Made by a program: the position numbers and the translations under genes. Source: Sedimentisphaerales bacterium (GTDB taxonomy: Bacteria; Planctomycetota; Phycisphaerae; Sedimentisphaerales; SM23-30). From it: DNA of 64,000 nt. Below the pieces are notes generated by a model. The model did no database searches. It saw only the letters and a program-made list of their open reading frames with translations, and was not told the DNA's origin. The stretch is taken from the NCBI GenBank assembly GCA_963666285.1, contig OY762711.1; one strand, 5' to 3'. This document shows positions 48,949 through 58,642 of this stretch, one piece after another. How positions within the stretch are numbered: position 1 is the first letter of the stretch; each line of letters opens with the position of its first letter.

Positions 48949-51900
48949 ATGAATAAGATAAAAAGAATTATAAGTCTGGCGGTTTTGATAGTTTTTATTT
49001 CATCTCTTAATGTATTTGCGGTCACAGAAGATGAGGTTGCAAAAATGCGGGAAGCTATTCCGGCCAAACCGGTAGTTAAACCTGCTAAAGCCCGCAAAAT
49101 GCTGATGTTTGATTTGTGTATTGGTTTCAAACACAGCAGCATTCCATATTGGGCTCAGGCAATTGATATTATGGGAGAAAAAACCGGAGCCTTTTCTGTC
49201 GAGCATAGCACGGATATGACAGTGTTTTCTGATGAAAATCTGAAACAATACGATGTGATTTGTTTTAATAATACTACAAGTCTTGATCCGACTCCGTCCC
49301 AGAGAGAAGCCATATTGAATTTTATCAGGTCCGGTAAAGGTATCGTTGGAATTCACGCTGCCGCTGATAATTTTAATAACTGGGAAGAGGGCAAACGTCT
49401 GATGGGTAATATTTTTACCGGTCATCCCTGGACTTCAGGCGGGACCTGGGCTTTTAAGATTACTGAACCGGATCATCCGCTGACAAAGTCTTTTGAAGGT
49501 AAGGATTTCAAGCTAAACGACGAAATTTACCGTACCGACCCGCCTTATTATGACAGGACCAGGCAGCGGGTACTGGTAAGTCTTGACCTGTCGGACCCTG
49601 CCACCAAAAATGCCGGCGGGGTAAAACCTTCTGATATAGATACAGGCATAACATGGATTAAACGAGTTGGTAAAGGCCGTTTGTTCTATTGTTCTCTTGG
49701 CCATCAGCATCATGTTACCTGGAACAAGCCTATTTTAGAGCATTATCTTGCGGGTATTCAGTATGCGATTGGTGATCTGAAAGTGGATGATAGTATTCCC
49801 GTTGTTGAAAGTGCCAGATCTGCTGAAGCTATTGAACTATTGAATATGGTTAAACAGTACGACTGGGATAAAAATCAGGAACCATTGCACAAAATGACCC
49901 TGTTTGTTAGAGATTGCCTGAACAATCCGATTGATGCAAAAATGGTAGAGACAAAACTTCTGGAAGTCTTAAATTCTGATGTCAACATTGCTGTTAAAGA
50001 TTATATCTGTCGCCAGCTAGCTGTAGTTGGCTCCGAGGTTTCGGTTCCACTGTTGGCAGGTATGCTGTCTGCTCCTGAAACCAGTGATATAGCAAGATAT
50101 GCCCTGGAGAGAATAAATTCAGGAGATGTAGATGTTGTTTTGTTTGAAGCATTAAAAAATACTGAGAACGATAAAATCAAGTCCGGCGTAATTGCTTCTT
50201 TGGGGGTGCGTAAATATACAGACGCTATTGCTGAGATAAAGAAATATTTGAATAGTGATAACGAAAATCTTGCTGTTTCTGCTGTGTATGCTTTGAGTGT
50301 GATTGGTAATGAAGCGGCGGCTGACGCTTTACTTGAGGCACAGCCTAAAGTTGCTAAAGAACGTGTCTTTGATGCGTTACTTGCCTGCGGCCAGAAAATC
50401 GCTCACACTGGAGATGTTGAAAAAGCTTCTAAAATATACAGTAAGGTATATCGTCTGAGCAAAGATGACACTATTCGTAAGGGTGCTTTTATCGGCTTGA
50501 TAAAAACTGATAAGGCAAATTCTTCTGCTATGATTAAAGGTGCTATCGAAGGCGATGATGTTGCAATGCAAAAAGCTGCTATCCAGACTCTGTCTCAGGT
50601 CGAAGATAAAAGCCTGTTGCTGACTATAGCTGGTTCGTTAAAGAGTTTTTCCGATGATGCCAAGGTCCTTATTATGGCTGCTTTAGCAGAGAACTCCAGC
50701 AGGGTTGGAGAAGTTCAGGTACTTGAATTTATCAAAAACAAGTCACAGGCTGTTAGAATTGCCGCATACGATGCTCTGGCGAAAATTGGTACTGTTAAGT
50801 CTGTCAGCAGCCTGGCTGCTGCCGGTGCCGAGATCCGGGACAGGAAAGAAAAAGATGCTGCCTTGGAAGCTCTTTTTTCAATGCCGGGCAAAGCTGTTGA
50901 TAATGAAATATTGAAACTGATCATTTCTGAAGATAATGCCGGAAAAGAAATGGTTGTTATTGAATTGATAAATGCTGCGGTAGCCCGTCAGGTGGAAGGC
51001 CTTTCTGATGTGTTATTTACTGCCACCCAGAGTTCAAGCCGTCGTGTTGTTGTTGCCGCTGTAAAGTCGCTCATGACTACTGCCGGTGCTGAAGATGTGA
51101 CCGCTATGGTTGAACTGCTGGCTGATAAACCTTCTACCAATACAGAGAATGCTTTAACCGTTCTGGCTGATCGACTGGATGATAAAGCAGAGCTGATAGC
51201 AAAGATAGCTGCCAGGTATAAGTCTCTTAATAACGCTCAGGCAAAGAGCTCGTTCTTGAAGGTTATGGGCAGGCTTGGCGGTGATGAAATAGCGGTAATC
51301 CTGAAGGCTGAATATGCTTCCTCTGATGCGGCACTCAAAGAGGCTGCCTTCAGAGCTATGACTGAATGGCCGGGAGCTGACTTTATTGCTAATATGAAGA
51401 GCCTTGCTGTCAGTGGCAAAGATGAAAAAACCAGGATCCTTGCTTTACGCGGTTACCTGAAGATGATTCGGGAGCATGGTGGAAAAGACAGGGGCAAAAA
51501 AATCATCGATACTTTTAAGATGGCGGAGCGAGAAGAAGAAAAACGCATGGTTATTGGAGCGATGGGTGATTTTGCCAGTAAGGATGTGTTTGAGTTCCTT
51601 ATAAATAATATGAACAATTCAAACTTTAAGGCAGAAGCTGAGATTAGTATTGTTAATGTTGCAAAAGTTCTGGCTGGCCGCTGTCCTGAAGTGGTTCTGC
51701 ACACTATGCAGCAGATAATTGATAGCAATGCCGGTGATAATGTCAAGAAGGGGGCCCGGGAAGTTATTGATAAAATCAATAAGATGGGGGCGTTCATCGT
51801 TGACTGGAAAATATCCAAAGCTTATTCTGACAATGGCATGAAATGCAAAGAGCTGTTTAACAGGGCTTTTGCTCCGGAAAGAAATGAAGGAAGCTGGAAG

Positions 51901-52251
51901 CAGGCAATAGTTTCTGATGATGGCAAAATTGACATGGACCAGGCCGAAGCAGGCGACAGTCTGGTGGCTTATCTGAAAACTGTGATTATCAGTTCTGTTG
52001 ATCAGGAAGTAACCTTGTCTATGGGCAGTGATGATGGTATGAAGGTTTGGTTAAACGATGAAATAGTACATGCTAATAATGTTGAAAGGGGACTTACCAG
52101 GGGTTCGGACAAGGCGAAAGTTAAACTGAAGAAAGGTAGAAATGAGCTGTTTGTCAAAATAACACAGAATTCCGGTGGTTGGGCGTTTTGCCTGGAAATT
52201 CAACAGGCTGACGGAAAAAGAGCTCAAAATATTGAAGTGGACTCAGAGTAA
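48949..52251 (+). CDS. Secreted ThuA-like domain + HEAT repeats + C-terminal beta-sandwich
   Basis: Signal peptide; GFKHSSIP, GIHAAAD, DEIY, GRLFYCSLGH (ThuA); HEAT repeats; GSDDGMKVWLND..LKKGRNELFVKI. Confidence 0.85.
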   Translation: MNKIKRIISLAVLIVFISSLNVFAVTEDEVAKMREAIPAKPVVKPAKARKMLMFDLCIGFKHSSIPYWAQAIDIMGEKTGAFSVEHSTDMTVFSDENLKQYDVICFNNTTSLDPTPSQREAILNFIRSGKGIVGIHAAADNFNNWEEGKRLMGNIFTGHPWTSGGTWAFKITEPDHPLTKSFEGKDFKLNDEIYRTDPPYYDRTRQRVLVSLDLSDPATKNAGGVKPSDIDTGITWIKRVGKGRLFYCSLGHQHHVTWNKPILEHYLAGIQYAIGDLKVDDSIPVVESARSAEAIELLNMVKQYDWDKNQEPLHKMTLFVRDCLNNPIDAKMVETKLLEVLNSDVNIAVKDYICRQLAVVGSEVSVPLLAGMLSAPETSDIARYALERINSGDVDVVLFEALKNTENDKIKSGVIASLGVRKYTDAIAEIKKYLNSDNENLAVSAVYALSVIGNEAAADALLEAQPKVAKERVFDALLACGQKIAHTGDVEKASKIYSKVYRLSKDDTIRKGAFIGLIKTDKANSSAMIKGAIEGDDVAMQKAAIQTLSQVEDKSLLLTIAGSLKSFSDDAKVLIMAALAENSSRVGEVQVLEFIKNKSQAVRIAAYDALAKIGTVKSVSSLAAAGAEIRDRKEKDAALEALFSMPGKAVDNEILKLIISEDNAGKEMVVIELINAAVARQVEGLSDVLFTATQSSSRRVVVAAVKSLMTTAGAEDVTAMVELLADKPSTNTENALTVLADRLDDKAELIAKIAARYKSLNNAQAKSSFLKVMGRLGGDEIAVILKAEYASSDAALKEAAFRAMTEWPGADFIANMKSLAVSGKDEKTRILALRGYLKMIREHGGKDRGKKIIDTFKMAEREEEKRMVIGAMGDFASKDVFEFLINNMNNSNFKAEAEISIVNVAKVLAGRCPEVVLHTMQQIIDSNAGDNVKKGAREVIDKINKMGAFIVDWKISKAYSDNGMKCKELFNRAFAPERNEGSWKQAIVSDDGKIDMDQAEAGDSLVAYLKTVIISSVDQEVTLSMGSDDGMKVWLNDEIVHANNVERGLTRGSDKAKVKLKKGRNELFVKITQNSGGWAFCLEIQQADGKRAQNIEVDSE

Positions 52252-52379
52252 AAAATAGTTTATTATTGTTCAAATTGACAGTTATTAGTTCTGTTAATAC
52301 TGAATATCAACAAGTAACAAATAAATATCAATTTTATAATAGTGCAATTTTAGCAGAGTTAGAAATGTGAGGTTTTGAA

Positions 52380-53726
52380 ATGGAAAAAGGTATGAATCGC
52401 AGAAATTTTATTAAATCAGCATCATTCGGAGCTGCTGCGTTCAGTATTGTGCCTTCCACTGTGTTTGGTGCCGAGGCTCCCAGTAATAAGCTTAATATCG
52501 CAGGTGTTGGTGTTGGCGGCATGGGCCACGGCAATCTGAGAGCAATGAAAAGTGAAAATATCATTGCCCTTTGCGATGTGGACTGGAAAAAAGCCGGTGG
52601 TACTTTTAAGGAATATCCTGACGCTAAACAGTTCAAGGATTACAGGGTTATGCTTGATCAAATGGGTGACCAGATTGACGCTGTTATGGTTGCGACACCT
52701 GATCATACTCACGCTTGTGTGGCTTTGGCCGCCATGGAACGCGGTAAACATGTCTATGTCCAAAAACCGCTTACCAAATCTGTTTACGAAGCTAGATTGC
52801 TCACCCAGGCTGCTCATAAATATAATGTTATTACCCAGATGGGTAACCAGGGACACAGCGGAGAAGGTATTCGCCTGATCTGCGAATGGATCTGGGATGG
52901 TGCTATTGGTGATATCCGTGAAGTGCATGCCTGGACCAACAGGCCTATCTGGCCGCAGGGGCTTAAACGGCCTACTGATACTCCTCCTGTTCCGGATTAT
53001 CTGGACTGGGATTTATTCTTAGGTCCGGTTGAAGGTGTTCCATACAATCCTGTTTATCATCCATGGAACTGGCGTGCCTGGACTGACTTTGGTACCGGGG
53101 CCCTGGGCGATATGGCATGCCATATCCTCGACCCTGTATTCTGGGCGTTAAAACTGAAGTATGCCTCTAGTGTTCAGGGTTCGTACGCTTACGGCTATTA
53201 TGAAGGAAAGAGAATCGGTTTCGAAGATACCTTCCCGGTTGCTTCAAAAATCCATCTCGAATATCCTGCCAGGGAATCTATGCCGGCTGTTAAAGTCAAT
53301 TGGTATGATGGCGGAATTCTTCCTGAAAGACCTGCTGAACTGGAATCCGGCAGAAGAATGGGTGATTCCGACGGCGGTGTAATTTTCGTAGGCGACAAGG
53401 GCAAGATAATGTGCGGCTGCTATGGAAAGAACCCGCAGATTATCCCTTATAGCGAAATGAAAAAGTATAACAGACCTCCGAAGACATTAGAGCGGGTTGA
53501 AACCAGCCATGAGATGAACTGGATCGAAGCTATCAAGAATAATAAACAGGCCAGTTCAAACTTTGATTATGCCGGTCCGTTTACTGAAATGGTATTGATG
53601 GGTAATCTCAGCCTCTATAAACCAGGTCATAAACTGGAATGGGACGGCGAAAAGATGGAAGTCACCAATTACCCTGAATTAAATGCATTAGTTAACCCTG
53701 CCAGGAAAGCCGGCTGGGAACTATAA
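52380..53726 (+). CDS. Tat-exported Gfo/Idh/MocA oxidoreductase (BT2158-like)
   Basis: NRRNFIK; APSNKLNIAGVGVGGMG, TPDHTH, HVYVQKP, TQMGNQGHS, GDMACH. Confidence 0.9.
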   Translation: MEKGMNRRNFIKSASFGAAAFSIVPSTVFGAEAPSNKLNIAGVGVGGMGHGNLRAMKSENIIALCDVDWKKAGGTFKEYPDAKQFKDYRVMLDQMGDQIDAVMVATPDHTHACVALAAMERGKHVYVQKPLTKSVYEARLLTQAAHKYNVITQMGNQGHSGEGIRLICEWIWDGAIGDIREVHAWTNRPIWPQGLKRPTDTPPVPDYLDWDLFLGPVEGVPYNPVYHPWNWRAWTDFGTGALGDMACHILDPVFWALKLKYASSVQGSYAYGYYEGKRIGFEDTFPVASKIHLEYPARESMPAVKVNWYDGGILPERPAELESGRRMGDSDGGVIFVGDKGKIMCGCYGKNPQIIPYSEMKKYNRPPKTLERVETSHEMNWIEAIKNNKQASSNFDYAGPFTEMVLMGNLSLYKPGHKLEWDGEKMEVTNYPELNALVNPARKAGWEL

Positions 53727-53761
53727 ATAAATTTTGTAACATTTGTTTGAGGAAAAGAAGT

Positions 53762-55168
53762 ATGAAACGTTTATTTTCATTATTGCTTGTATTATTGTCA
53801 GCTCAATTGCTTTGTGCCGACAGCCTGAAACAGCACCCGCAGCCTTCTGCTTATGATGGTTGGCGATTGGGTGTTCAATGCTGGTCATTCAACAGGTTCA
53901 CTATGTTTGAAGCTATTGATAAAACCAGGGAACTTGGCTTGAACTATATTCAGGCTTTTCCCGGCCAGAAAGTATCTAAGGATCTGGACATGGGTTTTGG
54001 CCCTGATCTTAACGCCGAGCAGCGTGCCATGGTTAAGGCAAAGCTTGCTGATGCCAATATACAGGTTCTCGCCTTTGGCGTTACCGGCATATCCAAAAAC
54101 GAGGTCGAGGCTAGAAAGCTTTTTGATTTTGCCAAAGATATGGGCATTAAAATGATCGCTTCCGAACCGGAATTTGACCAGTTTGATTTGCTTGACAAAC
54201 TTTGCCAGGAATATCAGATTAAGCTTGGCATCCACAACCATCCTAATCCTAACCGGTACTGGAATCCGGATACAGTATTGAAAATGTGCCAGGGCCGCAG
54301 TAAATGGATTGGTGCCTGTACTGATGTTGGCCACTGGGTTCGCAGCGGGCTTGATCCTGTAGAATGCCTGAAAAAGCTGGAAGGCAGAATTCATGATGTG
54401 CATACCAAGGAAATTGAAGATGGACATGATGTAGTCTGGGGTACCGGACAGGGCCGCATGAAAGGTATTCTTAAAGAGTTGAAACGTCAGGGCTACAAAG
54501 GTACTTTTACCGTTGAATATGAATATAACTGGGATAATAACGTACCTGAAATTCGTAAATCTGCTGAATATTTTGATACAGTTTCTTCTGAACTGTTCCC
54601 CGGCGGCTGGCATAATCTGTTTGCTGCTGACCTGTCAAATGCTGACTACAAGGAAGGCAGCTGGAAGATGGCTGATGGTGTCCTGGAAAGGACCGGCAGC
54701 GGTGATGTCTGGACCAAGGGCAAATATTCTGATTACATCTTGGATTTCGATTTCAAATTGGATAAAGGTACAAATAGCGGTGTTTTCCTGAGGGCGGCAG
54801 AACATACATGGCTTCCTTGGCCGGAAGTACAGGTTGAAGATTCGTTTGGTAAAGGTATCAACAGGCATCTTTGCGGTGGTATTTATGATATCTCTGCTCC
54901 TAAGGTGAACTCTGTTAAGCAGCCTGGCCAGTGGAACCATATGTCCATTATGGCAGATGGCAGTGATATCAGCGTCGTCCTTAACGGCAAGCTGGTAACT
55001 GATATCGACCTTAACGACTGGACCACGGCTGGCAAAAATCCTGACGGCAGCGATAATAAATTCAAAAATATTGCTTATAAAGATCTGCCTAGAACCGGCT
55101 GGATTGGCTTCCAGGATCATGGCTTTGTTGTCTGGTATCGCAATGTAAAAATTAAAGAGTTAAATTAG
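53762..55168 (+). CDS. Secreted fusion: TIM-barrel isomerase/epimerase-like + DUF1080 (3-keto-glycoside lyase-like)
   Basis: LGIHNH, DVGHW, VHTKE, VEYE; then NSGVFLR, EVQVED, GQWNHMSI, GWIGFQDHG..VWYRNVKI. Confidence 0.88.
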   Translation: MKRLFSLLLVLLSAQLLCADSLKQHPQPSAYDGWRLGVQCWSFNRFTMFEAIDKTRELGLNYIQAFPGQKVSKDLDMGFGPDLNAEQRAMVKAKLADANIQVLAFGVTGISKNEVEARKLFDFAKDMGIKMIASEPEFDQFDLLDKLCQEYQIKLGIHNHPNPNRYWNPDTVLKMCQGRSKWIGACTDVGHWVRSGLDPVECLKKLEGRIHDVHTKEIEDGHDVVWGTGQGRMKGILKELKRQGYKGTFTVEYEYNWDNNVPEIRKSAEYFDTVSSELFPGGWHNLFAADLSNADYKEGSWKMADGVLERTGSGDVWTKGKYSDYILDFDFKLDKGTNSGVFLRAAEHTWLPWPEVQVEDSFGKGINRHLCGGIYDISAPKVNSVKQPGQWNHMSIMADGSDISVVLNGKLVTDIDLNDWTTAGKNPDGSDNKFKNIAYKDLPRTGWIGFQDHGFVVWYRNVKIKELN

Positions 55169-55184
55169 TAAGTAATTATTGTGA

Positions 55185-55364
55185 TTTACTTTCGCAGTTT
55201 TTAAGTTGCAGAAATCGCCTAAAAGGGCCTTCCTGCAGCACTTTGAATTAAATATACTTTTGAGAATCAGCTTGTAAATACAATTAAGTGTATAGTTTTC
55301 ATTCACAAGGCCCCTATAGGCCTTTGCGTGTAGTGTTGAATAGTCAAAAGTGCGAAATCGCACT
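55185..55364 (+). repeat. Dispersed structured intergenic element, copy C
   Basis: Conserved blocks; TTTCGCAGTTTT pairs with AAAAGTGCGAAA; ends in an AGTGCG-aaat-CGCACT hairpin. Confidence 0.85.
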
Positions 55365-55390
55365 GGTGTAAAAAAACAAAAGGTACAATT

Positions 55391-56743
55391 ATGCAGAAAG
55401 ATTTGAACAGAAGACAATTTTTTCAGGCTACGGCTGCTCTTGGTGCGGGTGCATACCTGACCGGTAAAGCCTATGGTGCGGATAATAATGATAAAGATGT
55501 TATAAATGTTGCCCTTTTAGGTGTTGGTACCCAGGGCCAGACATTGATGGATGCCATTCTCAAGAAAAAAGATAAGAGCGTCCGCTTTGTTGCCGTTTGT
55601 GACATCTGGGATGTTAACAGAAAACGTGCCCAGAAGCAGCTAAAGGCTTACAGCAAGTATATGGGATATCGCTATGCCGGGTATTCCGATTATCAGGAAA
55701 TGCTTGATAAGGAAACCGATCTGGATGCTGTCATCGTTGCTACCCCTGACTTCTGGCATGCCCCTCATACCATAGCTTGCCTGAATAAAGGCTTGCATGT
55801 TTACTGCGAAAAAGAAATGAGTAACACCCTCGAAGGTGCCCGCAAAATGGTCGATGCCCAGAAAGCTTCCGGTAAGCTTCTCCAGATCGGTCATCAGCGT
55901 CGTAGTAATCCTAGATATGTTCATTCCTATGAAAAACTGCTCAAAGAAGCTAACCTGATCGGTCGCATTACCGGTGTTAACGGCCAGTGGAACAGAAGCC
56001 GCCAGTCTTGTGAAGATTTCGGTTGGCCGGAAGGTACCGATATTCCGGAAGCTACCCTGAATAAATACGGCTTCAAGGATATGAAACAGTTCCGTAACTG
56101 GCGCTGGTATAAAGGGCTTGGCGGCGGACCGATTGTTGACCTTGGCAGTCATCAGATTGATATCTACAGCTGGTTTATCGGCAGCAATCCAAAGAGCGTT
56201 ATTGCTAGCGGCGGTGTCGATTACTGGGGTCATGAATGGTATGACAATGTTATGGCCATTTATGAATATGAAACCAAGGAAGGCGGTATTGCCAGGGCGT
56301 TCTATCAGACTACAACAACCAATAGTGCCAACGGTTATTTCGAAAGCTTTATGGGTGATGAAGGTACTCTGATGATGTCAGAAACCGGTGCTCGCTGTGG
56401 TATTTACCGTGAAGCATGGGTTGATGAAAAGAAATGGGAACCTTGGGTTGGCAAGGGATATATTGCTGCCCCTGAGGAAAAGAAACTTGTCAAGGAAGAA
56501 GAAAAGTCTGTTTTGAATGTTGAACCTAGTCCGACTCCTCCTAAGTATGGAATTCCGCTGGAGTTTAGTGACCCGTTCCATCAGCCGCATCTGTTTAACT
56601 TCTTCAATTCGATACGCGGCAAGGAAAAACTGAACTGCCCGGGTGAGATCGGTTATGAAACCGCTGTTACCGTTCTGAAGGTTAACGAAGCGATCGAAAA
56701 AGGCACACGCCTTGAGTTCAAACCTGAAGAGTTTCATGTTTAA
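55391..56743 (+). CDS. Tat-exported Gfo/Idh/MocA oxidoreductase
   Basis: NRRQFFQ; LGVGTQG, TPDFWH, HVYCEK, IGHQRRS, DLGSHQID. Confidence 0.9.
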   Translation: MQKDLNRRQFFQATAALGAGAYLTGKAYGADNNDKDVINVALLGVGTQGQTLMDAILKKKDKSVRFVAVCDIWDVNRKRAQKQLKAYSKYMGYRYAGYSDYQEMLDKETDLDAVIVATPDFWHAPHTIACLNKGLHVYCEKEMSNTLEGARKMVDAQKASGKLLQIGHQRRSNPRYVHSYEKLLKEANLIGRITGVNGQWNRSRQSCEDFGWPEGTDIPEATLNKYGFKDMKQFRNWRWYKGLGGGPIVDLGSHQIDIYSWFIGSNPKSVIASGGVDYWGHEWYDNVMAIYEYETKEGGIARAFYQTTTTNSANGYFESFMGDEGTLMMSETGARCGIYREAWVDEKKWEPWVGKGYIAAPEEKKLVKEEEKSVLNVEPSPTPPKYGIPLEFSDPFHQPHLFNFFNSIRGKEKLNCPGEIGYETAVTVLKVNEAIEKGTRLEFKPEEFHV

Positions 56744-56814
56744 TTGATAATTTATTAACTGTATAAATTATGCTGCCTTGCTCGTTTAATTGCGGGCAGG
56801 GCAGTAAAAAATAT

Positions 56815-58641
56815 ATGATGAAAATATTTAATTTAATAATAGTAGTATTTTTTGTCGGTACTGCTTTAGCTTCTTCTGAAGAGGGGGTGATGGTTGGTGA
56901 AGGCAACGATGCCAATCGCAGTTCCCCGGTCCATCTGTTCAATCTGAAAGATGAAGCAGGTTTGGTTATTAGGGCCGATAGCGAAAAGCAGCAGCCGTTT
57001 TCTACCAAAAAAACTTGTGGTGAATGTCATAACTACGATGAAATATCAAAAGGCTGGCATTTTAACGCACATGATACCGAAGTTGATGCCGGTCGACCCG
57101 GTGAGCCCTGGGTATTGGTTGACAGCATTTGCCGCAGCCAGATTCCTGTAACTGCTCGTGGTTGGCAAGGTACTTTTGCCCCACAGGATGTCGGCATTAC
57201 GCCATGGCTGTTTCTGAAGAAATTCTATAGCCACTTCCCCGGCGGCAGCTATGGTGAGATGGAGGCTGACAATCCCGAGGAAGGTATTCGACAGGGTATC
57301 AGCGGCATGTACGAGATAAATTGTCTCGCCTGTCATAATCGCTCTTCGTACGAAGATCAGAGCCTGGCTGCTATGCAGGTTGCCCGTCAGAATTACCGAT
57401 GGGTGCCGACTGCTTCCAGTGGCTTGGCTACCGTTGAAGGGCTCGCTTCCAGTCTGGATGACTTCTATGACCCCGAATTTGACGAAGGCGGCATAGAAGT
57501 AACTTACAGGCAGGGGATATTCGACAAAGAAGATAAAGTCCTTATGGATATTGGACTGCCGGAAAATGACAGTTGTTATTTCTGCCATTCCAATAAAGAC
57601 CTGTCTGTTTCTTCTGAGATGGAGTGGACTCGCGACCAGGATGTCCACTTGCATAGCGGGTTGAATTGTATCGACTGTCATAGAAACGGCGATGACCATA
57701 TGATCACACGCGGCTTTGAGCATGAAGGGTTAGCCGGCACGCTGTCGTGCGAAGGCTGCCATATCGCAGATCATAATGGCGGCAAACCGATAGCAAACCG
57801 TCTCGGTGCCCCTGCTCCCGAACATGCTGGTATTCCTCCGATTCACTTCGAAAGATTATCATGTACCGCATGCCATTCCGGCAACTGGCCCGAAGAACAG
57901 GCCGGACAGCTTCGTACCGCTAGAATTCACAAGACTGCTCTGCATGGCCAGCATAATATGAACCAGAGACAGCCCCACATTTACGGCCCGGTTCTTATGA
58001 GAGGAACTGATGGCAAAATTGCTCCTCACAAACTTTTCTGGCCGTCCTACTGGGCTGATGCTTCCGGTGAAGATATTTCACCAATCAATCCCGAAAAGGT
58101 TCTGGAGTCTGCCGGTGATATCTTAAAGGAAGAGGTCGAAAAACAGAATGACTGGCGCCCGTTAACTGATGAGCAAATTACCGCTGTTCTAAATAAACTG
58201 CGAAATGGCGAAAATGCCCCGGTCTATATTGCCGGCGGAAAGATGTATAAACTGGCTGCCGGTGATAAGCTGGAAATTTCTGAACCTGTTGCCGCTCAGC
58301 CATATGCCTGGCCTATGGCTCATGATGTCCGACCGGCCGAGCAGGCCTTAGGCGTAAACAAATGTGCCGATTGTCATGATAGCAAGTCGTCATTTTTCTA
58401 TAGCGAGCTTCCTGTTGATGGTCCGCTCGTTGCCCAGGGCGGTCAGCAGTTTATAAATATGATCGATCTCCAGGGGCTTGATAAACGTTATATGGCTGCT
58501 TTTAATGCCTCGTTTATTTTCAGGCCAATGTTGAAATTTGTTGCTTTTGGTTCCTGCGGACTGATAGCTCTTGTCGTACTCGCATATGTCCTCAAGGCGA
58601 TTGCTGCTGTTACCAAAGCCGGTACAGAGGAGGTGGAATAA
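56815..58641 (+). CDS. Heptaheme cytochrome c with C-terminal membrane anchor
   Basis: Signal peptide; seven CxxCH (CGECH, CLACH, CYFCH, CIDCH, CEGCH, CTACH, CADCH); C-terminal TM helix. Confidence 0.9.
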   Translation: MMKIFNLIIVVFFVGTALASSEEGVMVGEGNDANRSSPVHLFNLKDEAGLVIRADSEKQQPFSTKKTCGECHNYDEISKGWHFNAHDTEVDAGRPGEPWVLVDSICRSQIPVTARGWQGTFAPQDVGITPWLFLKKFYSHFPGGSYGEMEADNPEEGIRQGISGMYEINCLACHNRSSYEDQSLAAMQVARQNYRWVPTASSGLATVEGLASSLDDFYDPEFDEGGIEVTYRQGIFDKEDKVLMDIGLPENDSCYFCHSNKDLSVSSEMEWTRDQDVHLHSGLNCIDCHRNGDDHMITRGFEHEGLAGTLSCEGCHIADHNGGKPIANRLGAPAPEHAGIPPIHFERLSCTACHSGNWPEEQAGQLRTARIHKTALHGQHNMNQRQPHIYGPVLMRGTDGKIAPHKLFWPSYWADASGEDISPINPEKVLESAGDILKEEVEKQNDWRPLTDEQITAVLNKLRNGENAPVYIAGGKMYKLAAGDKLEISEPVAAQPYAWPMAHDVRPAEQALGVNKCADCHDSKSSFFYSELPVDGPLVAQGGQQFINMIDLQGLDKRYMAAFNASFIFRPMLKFVAFGSCGLIALVVLAYVLKAIAAVTKAGTEEVE

Positions 58642-58642
58642 T

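Noticed and set aside
55350..55364. GTGCG as a group II intron 5' end
   Set aside because: No domain V/VI or RT found, absent from copy A, and explained by stem pairing.
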